64,000 bases of DNA, from the NCBI GenBank assembly GCA_963834385.1, contig CAWIBO010000002.1:864001-928000 (forward strand). The letters are read 5' to 3'. The translations under genes and the position numbers were made by a program. The notes beneath the pieces were generated by a model. That model was not told where the DNA came from. It searched no databases and was given only the letters and a program-made list of their open reading frames with translations. This DNA is from an uncultured Verrucomicrobiae bacterium. Its GTDB lineage: Bacteria > Verrucomicrobiota > Verrucomicrobiia > Chthoniobacterales > UBA10450. Positions 34,733 to 43,775 of the stretch are shown one piece after another; positions within the stretch are counted from its first letter, which is position 1; every line of letters starts with the position of its first letter.

Positions 34733-35127
34733 ACGCCGATTTATCTCTTCGATCACGAACGACTCGAAGTTTACCAGACATCCGTTCGATTCTGCGGGTG
34801 GGTCGGCAAGTTGATTGAAACCCTCCCGAGAATCGCCGCGCGTGATCAGCTTGATCGCGCCTCCACCAGCATCCCGCTCAATATTGCAGAAGGAAACGGC
34901 AAGTTCTCGGCAGGCCGACCGGAGTCGATTCCTCGAGATGGCGCGGGGTTCGGCACTCGAGTGTGCCGCTTGCCTTGATGTCCTGGTCGCCCGCTGCGTC
35001 ATCCAACAGGAGAATATTTTCGGGGCCAGAAAGCGAGCTGGCCGCGATTGTACGAATGATCATGGGCCTCCTGAAGCGCTTTTCACCGCACGCCGAACGC
35101 CTGCGCGAGGACGAACCCGCCCCATGA
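34733..35127 (+). pseudogene. Four-helix-bundle protein (23S rRNA IVP / TIGR02436-like); ACG at the expected start and 2 frameshifts
   Basis: Manual translation across frames: YLFDHERLEVYQ...DQLDRASTSIPLNIAEGNGKFS / DRSRFLEMARGSALECAACLDVL / IVRMIMGLLKRF...LREDEPAP*. Confidence 0.85.
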
Positions 35128-35129
35128 AA

Positions 35130-35212
35130 GACAGGATTCACAGGATGATCAGGATTAAAAAACAGACTCCTCTCACCTCCTCCGCAATCCTGTCCATCCT
35201 GTTAATCCTGTC
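35130..35212. repeat. ~9-nt-periodic palindrome (ACAGGAT family)
   Basis: Arms 35130-35156 (GACAGGATTCACAGGATGATCAGGATT) and 35186-35212 (AATCCTGTCCATCCTGTTAATCCTGTC) are complementary at 24 of 27 positions. Confidence 0.9.
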
Positions 35213-35223
35213 CTGAAACAACC

Positions 35224-36432
35224 ATGAACAAACTCACCCTGCGCGAGCTGGATGTGCGCGGAAAACGCGTCCTCGTCCGCGTCGATTTCAATGTCCCGGT
35301 CGAAGAGCACGGCGACCATGTCCATCTGACCGACGACACCCGCATCCGCGAATCGCTCCCCACCATCCGGCATCTACGCGAGCAGGGCGCGAGGACGATC
35401 CTGATGGCGCATTTCGGCCGGCCCAAGGGCCAGCCGGTGGAGAAATATTCGCTTCGGCCGGTCGGCCTGCATTTGCATGACCTGATCGATCATCCCGTTG
35501 CTTTCAGCCACGATTGCATCGGCGCCGACGCGGAGAAGATCGTGGCCGAGATGAAGGAGGGCGATGTCACCCTGCTCGAGAACGTCCGCTTTTACGCCGG
35601 GGAAGAGGCCAACGATCCGATGTTCGCCGAGTCGCTCGCGAAGCTGGGCGATCTTTACGTGAACGACGCCTTCGGCGCGGCCCACCGCGCACACGCTTCC
35701 ACCGCCGGGATCACGAAATTTGTCGGAAAAAGCGCCATGGGTTTTCTCATGGAGAAGGAATTGAAATATCTCAAGGGCGAGCTGGACCGGCCGGCCAAGC
35801 CGTTCCTCGTCATCATGGGCGGCTCGAAAGTCTCGGACAAAATCGGGGTGATCAAGGCCCTCCTGGAAAAGGCCGACACCATCCTGATCGGCGGCGCCAT
35901 GGCGAACACCTTTTTCAAGGCGCAGGGCATCCCGGTCGGCGCCAGCCGCGTGGAAGCGGATAAGACGGGCCTGGCGAACGAGCTGCTCGATCTCGCGAAG
36001 AAGAAGGGCGTTCGCTTTCTGTTGCCGGTGGACGTGATCCAGACACGCGAGATCAAGGCGGGCGCGAAGACGGAGAACACGAGCCGCCTCTCGGCCGAGA
36101 GCGGGATCGGGGAGGGCTGGCAGGCGGTCGATATCGGACGCGAGAGCGTGGCGCTGTTCGAGAAAGAGATCGCGCACGCCAAAACGATCCTGTGGAACGG
36201 GCCGGTCGGCATTTTTGAGATCCCGGAGTTTGCGCAGGGGACCAACGCGATCGCGCAGGCGCTTGCGCAAACGGACGCCACCACCATCATCGGCGGCGGC
36301 GATTCCGTGACCGCGGTGCACCAGGCCGGTCTGGCGGAGAAAATGACTTTCATTTCGACTGGGGGCGGCGCCTCGTTGGAATTGATCGAAGGCAAAGAGT
36401 TGCCGGGCGTGGCGGCGTTGACCGACAAATAA
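35224..36432 (+). CDS. pgk: Phosphoglycerate kinase
   Basis: Motifs RVDFNVP, HFGRPKG, LLENVRF, NDAFGAAHRAHAS, GGGDS and STGGGASL. Confidence 0.98.
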   Translation: MNKLTLRELDVRGKRVLVRVDFNVPVEEHGDHVHLTDDTRIRESLPTIRHLREQGARTILMAHFGRPKGQPVEKYSLRPVGLHLHDLIDHPVAFSHDCIGADAEKIVAEMKEGDVTLLENVRFYAGEEANDPMFAESLAKLGDLYVNDAFGAAHRAHASTAGITKFVGKSAMGFLMEKELKYLKGELDRPAKPFLVIMGGSKVSDKIGVIKALLEKADTILIGGAMANTFFKAQGIPVGASRVEADKTGLANELLDLAKKKGVRFLLPVDVIQTREIKAGAKTENTSRLSAESGIGEGWQAVDIGRESVALFEKEIAHAKTILWNGPVGIFEIPEFAQGTNAIAQALAQTDATTIIGGGDSVTAVHQAGLAEKMTFISTGGGASLELIEGKELPGVAALTDK

Positions 36433-36454
36433 TCAACAGAATTTACAGGGAGCC

Positions 36455-37222
36455 ATGAGAAAGAAGATCGTTGCGGCCAATTGGAAGATGAACATGACCA
36501 CGGCGGAGGCGGCCTCCTTCGTCCGGGTGTTCCTGCTCGAGCTCGGGGAGGCCTCGGATGTGGAAGTGGTGCTGGTGCCGCCCTTCACCGCCATTGGCAA
36601 GGTGAACGACGCTCTCGGCGACGCGCAAAACATCAAGGTCGGTGCGCAAAACATGCACTGGGAACGGAGCGGCGCCTTCACCGGCGAGATCAGCGCGGCC
36701 ATGTTGCGTGATCTTTTTGTGCGTTACGTCGTCCTCGGCCACAGCGAACGCCGGCAGCTCTTCGGCGAGACCGATGAAATCGTGAACCGCAAAGTGCGCG
36801 CGGCGCACGAAGCCACCCTCAAGCCGATCCTGTGCGTGGGCGAAACCCTGGAACAACGGGAACGCGGCAACGTGGAAAAAATTCTCGGCCTGCAGTTGCG
36901 CGGCAGCCTGGCCGAGGTCGGTCCGAAAGAAATCAGCGAGACGGTCATTGCCTACGAACCGGTCTGGGCCATCGGCACCGGCAAAACCGCCACCACCGCG
37001 CAGGCGCAGGAGGCGCACTCCTTCATTCGCCACACCCTGGGCGAAATCGCGGGCGAGGAAATCGCCGCCAAAGTCCGGATTCAGTACGGCGGCAGCGTCA
37101 AACCGGACAACGCCCGCGCCCTCATGGAGGAACCGGACATCGACGGCGCGCTCGTGGGCGGCGCCAGCCTTGATCCGCGCAGCTTCGCCGAGATCGTGAA
37201 AGCCGGCGGACGCTCAGCCTAG
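36455..37222 (+). CDS. tpiA: Triosephosphate isomerase
   Basis: Motifs AANWKMN, GHSERR, AYEPVWAIGTG, YGGSVK and LVGGASL. Confidence 0.98.
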   Translation: MRKKIVAANWKMNMTTAEAASFVRVFLLELGEASDVEVVLVPPFTAIGKVNDALGDAQNIKVGAQNMHWERSGAFTGEISAAMLRDLFVRYVVLGHSERRQLFGETDEIVNRKVRAAHEATLKPILCVGETLEQRERGNVEKILGLQLRGSLAEVGPKEISETVIAYEPVWAIGTGKTATTAQAQEAHSFIRHTLGEIAGEEIAAKVRIQYGGSVKPDNARALMEEPDIDGALVGGASLDPRSFAEIVKAGGRSA

Positions 37223-38955
37223 TCGTTGTCGGCCGCGTAGGCTTCCACCAGCGCCACGCCGGTCGGCGCATTGCCGGCGCCGCTCAGGATAAAGGTATAC
37301 TGGCCTGGCGGTCGCACGTTGATAAAGGCCGCCTCCTTGGCGTTGCCCGGGGCGAACCCGGAGGTCGTCAGCTCCGCCGCATCCGGGCTGTTGCCCCAGT
37401 CGTCGTTCGACTCGAGCACGTTCCCCTGCCCGTCACGCAATTGCAGAAAAGGATCGCTCAAGGTCCCGCTGACACCGGCTGCGGCCAGCGTCGGGCCGAG
37501 CCCGCGCAGGATGATCTTCTGCGAACTGCTCCCCGAGACAATCAGTCCCCCAATCATCACCTTGTCGCCTTCGCCCACGAGGCCACGGGTCGAGATGTTC
37601 AGCAACCGCGGGCCCGGCGAAGCATCGAGGTCATAGATCTCGATCAGGCCAAGCCCGGTGCCGTTGCTCGCACCGCGCATAAGGGCGGTGTAATTGGTGC
37701 CGGCGTTGCTCGAGGGCAGCGTGGCCACGATGGCCGACTCGGCGGCGTTGCCCGGCGCCAGCCCGGAATCGATGATGGCCTGTTCATCCTTGCTGAAACC
37801 CCAGTCGTCGTTGGAATCAATAAGGCCGCCCGATCCATTGCGCAGTTCGAGTGTCGGGTTCACCAGGGTGCCGCTCAGCCCGGCCGCGGCCAGGGCCGGC
37901 CCGAGGCCGCGAATCAGCAGGCGGCGCGGAGTGGTGCTGCCTCCGAGGATGAAACCGCCGATGAGCACATTGTCCCCGGTGCCGACCTCGGCCCGGGTTG
38001 AGATATTCGCGAAACGAGGCGGGCCCACCTGCACGTTGGCGTTGAAGACCTGCATGGTCTGCGCGCCATTCAGGTCGGTCGCGGTCACCGTCACCGGCGC
38101 GCTCCCCGCGGCCAACCCCTGCAGGATCAGCTTGGTCCCGCTGATCCGCGCGTCCACCACCGCGCTGTTGTTATCGGAGGCGGTAAAGGACAGCGGACGC
38201 CGAATCTGCGGCAGCGTCACCATGTCGACGAACTTCAGGTTCCCGTTCGGCGGATTGTAAAGCGGAAGCTCGGTGAAGGCCCCGCCGAAATTGTAGCGCG
38301 GCAAGCCCGCAATCGCGTCCGCCACCGTCATCCCGTTGTTCACCACCTGCCCGAAGGCGGTGAATCCCCCATTCTGAAAATCGAGCCCGTTCGGCGGCGT
38401 GCCCCCGTTGTTCGCCAGGTTGATGAACCACTGGCTGGTCGCGCTGTTCGGGTCGGTCGCCAGCTTCGCCATCGCGATTGTCCCGCGCGTGTTCGACACT
38501 CCCGGCTCATTCGGAATCGGCGGCATCCCGTCCACCGCCGTCGGCGTGACCCGGTTCGGCTGCGCGGAGCTTTGCCGGGTGGCAATGAATCCGCCCCCCT
38601 GGATGATGAAATTCGGGACCGAGCGATGGACAAAGCTCGGTGCCAGCGCGCTGATCACCGGGTCCTGCCGGAAATAACGACGTTCATCCACATACTTCAG
38701 GAAATTCTCCACCGTGCGCGGCGTGGCTGATTCAAACAGGTCAAGATCGATGTCCCCCGAGGTGGTCGTCATCCGGACATCAAAGTTCGCGTCCGGATCG
38801 GTGAAGAAATTCATCAGGTCGAGCACCACCTGCCCGGTGGTATAAACCGTGCGATCGCCGATCACGGCGGAACTGACCGGCCCGACGTTCTGCGCCGGCA
38901 GAGTGTTCACGGTGGATATCGCGGCGAGGGCCGCCAAAAGAAGACGAAATTTCAT
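37219..38955 (-). CDS. Secreted cyclophilin-type peptidyl-prolyl isomerase with Ig-like linker and duplicated NISTR C-terminal domain
   Basis: Signal peptide, TPRTVENFLKY, HRSVPNFIIQGGG, GTIAMAK and SATSQWFINL. Then FANISTRAEVGTGDNVLIGGF and LLNISTRGLVGEGDKVMIGG. Confidence 0.9.
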   Translation of the reverse strand: MKFRLLLAALAAISTVNTLPAQNVGPVSSAVIGDRTVYTTGQVVLDLMNFFTDPDANFDVRMTTTSGDIDLDLFESATPRTVENFLKYVDERRYFRQDPVISALAPSFVHRSVPNFIIQGGGFIATRQSSAQPNRVTPTAVDGMPPIPNEPGVSNTRGTIAMAKLATDPNSATSQWFINLANNGGTPPNGLDFQNGGFTAFGQVVNNGMTVADAIAGLPRYNFGGAFTELPLYNPPNGNLKFVDMVTLPQIRRPLSFTASDNNSAVVDARISGTKLILQGLAAGSAPVTVTATDLNGAQTMQVFNANVQVGPPRFANISTRAEVGTGDNVLIGGFILGGSTTPRRLLIRGLGPALAAAGLSGTLVNPTLELRNGSGGLIDSNDDWGFSKDEQAIIDSGLAPGNAAESAIVATLPSSNAGTNYTALMRGASNGTGLGLIEIYDLDASPGPRLLNISTRGLVGEGDKVMIGGLIVSGSSSQKIILRGLGPTLAAAGVSGTLSDPFLQLRDGQGNVLESNDDWGNSPDAAELTTSGFAPGNAKEAAFINVRPPGQYTFILSGAGNAPTGVALVEAYAADND

Positions 38956-39027
38956 AAAGTTCTTACGTTATACACGGTAATCGGGCTGGCCGCATCTCGC
39001 GGCCCTGCGATTTCCTCGCCCCGCCCG

Positions 39028-39699
39028 CTATTTCTTGATCTCGAGATAGGCCCGGGCTGCCACTTTCCCCGTGCCCGGCTCGAATTTTTCGACGCGCATC
39101 TGCTTCAAAAACCAGCGCCCGTCAATTTTTTGCGCGGAAATAACTTCGAAACGTTTCAGGAGCCGCCCCGCCTCGTCATGGCCCTCCATCCGCATCAGCT
39201 CGCCCCCGGCCTGTCCCACCCAGAGCCATACACGCGCGTACTGCGAGTGGGCGTCGGGCGGGCGCAGCTCCAGCTTCCAACAGCGCCGGGTGCGGACGGT
39301 TTCCTCCCCCACCACCCGTGCCTCGCGCCAGTAAAGGAATTTCAAGGCCAGGTCCTCGTAGCTCAACGAGGTGCCGCGGACCGCGCGATCGAACCCCGCC
39401 CCCGAGATGCGGTCGGCTCCCTCGTAGGAAAGCTCCTCCAGTCGCGACTCCGTTTCCCCCAGGCGCAAAAGCAGCGCGCCCGGCGGATTGACGAAGCTGT
39501 ATTTCACCACCGGTCCCTCCTGCGTCAGCCGGAACGGCACCACCAGGCTCTCCTCACGCAACTGCCCCTGCAGATCGAATTGCTGCAGCGATTGCTGGAA
39601 GCGAACGCCCTCCAGGATCTCGCGGGCCGACGGTTGTTCCTCCGCCCCGGCGGAAACAAGGCCGGCGCAAAGGCCAAAAAGGAAGATGAGTCTTTTCAC
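39028..39699 (-). CDS. Outer membrane lipoprotein-sorting protein (LolA-like)
   Basis: GTG start with a signal peptide. Motifs GTSLSYEDL, CWKLEL.P....SQY.RV.LWV and QKIDGRWFLKQM. Confidence 0.7.
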   Translation of the reverse strand: MKRLIFLFGLCAGLVSAGAEEQPSAREILEGVRFQQSLQQFDLQGQLREESLVVPFRLTQEGPVVKYSFVNPPGALLLRLGETESRLEELSYEGADRISGAGFDRAVRGTSLSYEDLALKFLYWREARVVGEETVRTRRCWKLELRPPDAHSQYARVWLWVGQAGGELMRMEGHDEAGRLLKRFEVISAQKIDGRWFLKQMRVEKFEPGTGKVAARAYLEIKK

Positions 39700-39766
39700 A
39701 GGAAGGAAAGTTTTCGGTTTTAAGCTTCCGCCGGAACGCCCACATTTCGCGAAGCGACGAATCTCT

Positions 39767-40415
39767 ATGGAGCAGGAGCTCTTTATTTCAATTAACCAGC
39801 GTTGGACCCATCCGGCGCTTGATTTGTTCATGGCCGTCCTGAGCGACTCGGCCATCTGGCTGCCGTTCCTTCTCCTGGCCGGCCTGGGGATGCTCCTGCT
39901 CGGCGGGTTTCGCGCCCGCGCCTTTCTCCTCTGCGCCGTGGCCGCACTCGGCTTTTCGGAACTGACGGTCAATTTCCTCAAGGAAGCGGTGGGCCGCCCG
40001 CGGCCGAAACAATCCCAGGTGGTGCGCATGGTGCAGTTGCAAAAAGTGCGTCCGAAAATTCTGACGCTCTTCCACGCGCCCGAAATTCGCGCCTCCGGCC
40101 CGCGCGACCGGCGGGGGCGCCCGGTCTCGTTTCCCTCCGGCCACACCACGAACAACGCGGCCATCGCCACCCTGCTCGTCCTCTTTTATCCGCGACGCGG
40201 CTGGATCGGTTTCATCGTGGCGGCGCTGGTGGCCTGGTCGCGCGTTTATCTCGGGGCCCATTGGCCGGGTGATGTCGCGGCCAGCCTCTTTCTCGGGCCC
40301 CTGGTCGCCTTCACGGTGGCCCTGCTTTTCGCCCTGCTTTGGCGCCGCCTCGGTCCCTCTCTTCTCCCGGCCGTGGCCGACTCGTCACCCCCGCCTTTGC
40401 CCGCCCCTGCCATGA
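39767..40415 (+). CDS. PAP2 family phosphatase
   Basis: Motifs K.AVGRPRP, SFPSGH and SRVYLGAHWPGDV. Probably ends at the TGA of an ATGA overlap (40412-40415) once a 1-nt indel at ~40380 is corrected. Confidence 0.85.
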
Positions 40416-42003
40416 CCATCACCCGCGCCGTCTGGCTTTTTCTCGCGGCCCTGACCGCGCTTCGTCTTCTTCTCATTGGCACAACCAACCTGAGCGGCGA
40501 CGAAGCGCATTACTGGATGTGGTCGGAGCGGCTCGGGCCGGCCTACTTCAGCAAAGGCCCGGGCGTCGCCTTCGCCATCGCCGCCAGCACCGCCCTCTTT
40601 GGTGACACCGAGTTTGGCGTCCGCTTCTGGAGCCCGATCCTCGGCGCCGGCACCAGCCTGCTCCTCTTTTATTTCGCGCGCCGCCTCCTGAACGAGAAAG
40701 CCGCCCTCTGGCTCGTGCTCGGATTGAACGTCACCCCGGCCTTCAACCTTGGCAGCATCGTCATGACAATCGATCCGCTTTCCCTTTTCTTCTGGGTCGC
40801 GGCCATGTTCGCCTTCTGGCGGGCCACCGAGAAGTCGCCCGCCTGGAGCTGGTGGTGGCCGTTCACCGGCTTGCTCGTCGGCGCCGGGTTCCTCTGCAAA
40901 TACACCAACGCGCTCGAGCTGGTTTCCATCGTTCTCGTTCTGGCGGCGGCGCCCCGCCTGCGCCGGGAACTCCGGCGGCCCGGCTTTTTTTCCCTCCTGG
41001 CCTGTTTTGCGGTGGCGCTGATCCCGCCGCTGCTGTGGAACCGGGAACACGCCTGGATCACCCTCGCGCATCTGCAATCGACCGGGGGGCTCGATGAAGG
41101 CCCGCGTTTCCAGCCGGCCGAGGCGCTCGTTTTTCTGGGCCAGCATTTCCTGGTTTATTCGCCGCTCCTTTTCGCCGGGATCGCCTGGGCCGTTTTCCGG
41201 CGCTGGTCGCGCGTCGGCCAGCAGCTCAAGGTGCTCTTTCTCATCTGGTTCGGCGCGCCGGTCTTTGTCTTCTACTTCCTTCTCAGCTTCGGGCAGGCCG
41301 CCGCCATGAACTGGACCGCGCTCGCTTTTCCCAGCCTCGCCGTCCTGGCCGTCTCCTACTGGCAGGAGAAAATCGAGCAAAGCGCGTTCCTCCGCGGGAC
41401 CGCGATCGCCGCCGTGCTGCTGGCCCTCGCCATGAGCGTTGCTCTCCTGAATCTCGACGGGCTCGGCCGCGCCGGCGTGCGCGCCGCGCAAAAGAACAGC
41501 GCCCGCGTGCAGGGCTGGCGCATCTCCGCCCGGGCCGTGGAGCAGGTCCGGCGGGAGTGGGAGGAACGGCTGGGCGAAAAGCTGTTTCTCATCGCCGATG
41601 AACGCGATCGCGCCTCGGAGTTCGCCTTCTATTTCGAGGAGAAGCGCGCGGAAGGCCCGGGCTACCCGCCGGTGTTCATCCCCGAGACGCAGGATCTCCG
41701 GAACCAGTTTTCCTTCTGGCCGCGCTACGATCAGTTTGTCGACGCGCCGGCACCCGCCGCCGGCCCCGCGGCCACTCCGCCGCCCGGGAGCGACCCATAC
41801 ACCGAGCAGGATGGAATCAATCCGTTCACGGGACGCAGCGCCCTTTTTATTCGGGCGGGAAAAAGGAGAATGTGCCGCGCAACATCCGGGCCGCCTTCAA
41901 CTCGGTCGAGCGCGTCGCCACCATCACCGTCCGGCGGCGAGGCGGCCTCCTGCGCGAATTCCAGGTTTTTCTCTGCCGGAACTACCAAACCCTGCCGTTA
42001 TGA
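40412..42003 (+). CDS. ArnT/PMT-like GT-C glycosyltransferase (GT39/GT83); frameshift at ~41865
   Basis: Motifs DEAHYWMWS, YFSKGPG, EFGVR, MTIDP and CKYT, with multiple TMs. The shifted C-terminus is ...FLCRNYQTLPL*. Confidence 0.85.
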
Positions 42004-42711
42004 GCGATGGCTCCGGCATGCCCGCTGTTTCCGTCGTGGTCCCTCTCTATAACGAGGAGGAGAACGTCCCCATCCTCCAGCGCGAACTGGAGTCGGCCCT
42101 CGGCGCCTTCGATTACGAGATCGTTTTTGTCGATGACGGCAGCCGGGACGGGACCGTGGCGCGGATCAACCAGGACGGGGGCCGGGTGCGCGTCCTTCAA
42201 TTTGAAAAAAACGCGGGGCAAAGCGCGGCCATGTATGCCGGGCTGCAGGCCGCGCGCGGGCGCATTCTCGTGCTGATCGATGGCGACCTGCAAAACGACC
42301 CGGCCGATATTCCCGGGGCTGGTGGCGGAGGTGGAGCGCGGGGCCGACCTCGTCTGCGGCTATCGCGCCCGGCGCAAGGACACGGTGGTGAAACGGATCA
42401 CCAGCCGCGTGGCCAACGCGGTGCGCAGCCGGTTCACCCGGGATGGCGTGCGCGACACCGGCTGCACCCTCAAGGCCATGAAGCGGGAATGCGCCGGCGC
42501 GCTTGTTCCCTTCAAGGGGATGCACCGGTTCATTCCTGCCCTGATCAAGGGCGCCGGCTATCGGCTGGTCGAGATGCCGGTCAACCATCGCCCGCGGCAG
42601 TTTGGCCAGAGCAAGTATGGGCTGGGCAATCGCGCCCTCCGGGCCACGATCGACATGCTTGGCGTGCGCTGGCTGCTTTCCCGGCAGTTGAACCATAAAA
42701 TCCGCTCGTGA
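42000..42711 (+). CDS. GT2 polyprenol-phosphate glycosyltransferase (ArnC/DPM1-like); frameshift at ~42315
   Basis: Motifs SVVVPLYNEEEN, VDDGSRDGT, DGDLQNDPADIP, DTGCTLK, HRFIPAL and VNHRPR..G.SKY. Confidence 0.9.
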
Positions 42712-42739
42712 CCCGCGGGCGGAACCGGGAAATCGCACC

Positions 42740-42789
42740 TTGTCTTGGCCAAGGGCCGCGATAAGCTTGCCCTCCCACAAGGGGAGTAG
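42740..42789 (+). promoter_or_regulatory. Possible sigma70 promoter followed by the 5' fragment of a yybP-ykoY-like leader
   Basis: TTGTCT-N16-TAAGCT, then CACAAGGGGAGTAG. AGGGGAGUAG resembles the conserved 5' strand of the Mn2+ riboswitch, but the rest is not visible. Confidence 0.3.
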
Positions 42790-43148
42790 AGCGAAAAGAG
42801 GGCTGTATTGACCCCGAGACCCAGCGCGAGCGCAAGCACCACCACCGCGGTAAACCCGGGATTTTTGCGCAAGAGGCGCAGGCCATGACGCGAATCCTGC
42901 AAAAATTCCTCCAGCCAGCGCAGACCCCGCGCCTCGCGGCACTCCTCCTTGCGTTGCTCGAGGCCGCCCAGTTCCAGCGCGGCCTGGCGCTGCGCCTCCG
43001 GCAAATCGAGGCCGTCGGCCAGACCGCGCTCGATTTCCTGCTCGAGATGATGTCGCAGTTCTTCGTGCAACTCCCTTTCCACAGCGCTGCGACGGAAAAA
43101 TGAGCGCAGCCGGAGCGAGCCCATGCGAAACCAGCGCGCGACGCTCAT
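42790..43148 (-). pseudogene. 5' fragment of an ADOP/MacB-type ABC permease
   Basis: RSFFRRSAVERELHEELRHHLEQE...GGLEQRKEECREARGLRWLEEFLQDSRHGLRLLRKNPGFTAVVVLALALGLGVNTALFSL. Similarity stops after ~120 aa, whereas these permeases are normally ~800-900 aa. Confidence 0.8.
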
Positions 43149-43292
43149 GAGGCTTCCTTCAAGCGGATGACGCTCCCGATGGCCTGCGAGAGGCGTTCCC
43201 AGTTTGCCGTCTCGCGCGCGAGATGACGGCGTCCGGAGGAAGTCAGCGTGTAAAACTTGGCGCGCCGGTTGTTCTCGGTCGGTTTCCATCCC
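43145..43292 (-). pseudogene. 3' fragment of a PadR-family transcriptional regulator (acidobacterial type)
   Basis: WKPTENNRRAKFYTLTSSGRRHLARETANWERLSQAIGSVI...*. ATGA overlap with the permease start. The N-terminal HTH is missing. Confidence 0.8.
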
Positions 43293-43757
43293 ATGTCGCT
43301 GGCCAGTCTTCTTTCTGCCGACCAGATCATCCCCGAGATGAGCGCGACCGATCGTTGGACCGCCATCGTCGAGCTGGTCGATCTGCTCGCCGCGCGGCAA
43401 CAGATCAAGCCGGAGGACCGCGACAGCATCCTCGCCGCGCTCAAGCAACGGGAAGAAACCATGAGCACCGGGATCGGCTTCGGCATCGCCATCCCGCACG
43501 CTTCCTCCGATCGCATCAGCGAGGTCATCGCCGCTTTCGGCCGCTCTTCCGCCGGGATCGAGTTCGATGCCCTTGATAACGCCCCGGTCCGGTTTGTGGT
43601 CCTTTTTGTCGTCCCGAAGAACCAGTTCCAGACCCATCTCCGCACTCTCGCCTCCATCGCCAAGTTCCTGAACGACCGCACCGTGCGCGACAGCCTTGCC
43701 GAGGCCGGCTCGGCCGACGAGATCCTCGCGGTCTTCCGCGATCACACGCAAAAATAA
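43293..43757 (+). CDS. PTS IIA domain protein (PtsN/fructose-type)
   Basis: Motif REETMSTGIGFGIAIPHA with the phospho-His, plus GIEFDALD and HLRTLASIAK. Confidence 0.9.
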   Translation: MSLASLLSADQIIPEMSATDRWTAIVELVDLLAARQQIKPEDRDSILAALKQREETMSTGIGFGIAIPHASSDRISEVIAAFGRSSAGIEFDALDNAPVRFVVLFVVPKNQFQTHLRTLASIAKFLNDRTVRDSLAEAGSADEILAVFRDHTQK

Positions 43758-43775
43758 CGCGGGACGCGCGCCGCC

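Noticed and set aside
39488..42052. Apparent PAP2-ArnT fusion (854 aa)
   Set aside because: An alternative frame (...TRHPRLCPPLP*) stops at an ATGA overlapping the ArnT start, so a 1-nt indel near 40380 most likely joined two genes.
42779..42860. tRNA gene starting AGGGGAGTAG
   Set aside because: No cloverleaf, T-loop GTTC or acceptor-stem complement follows. The downstream sequence is the antisense permease fragment.
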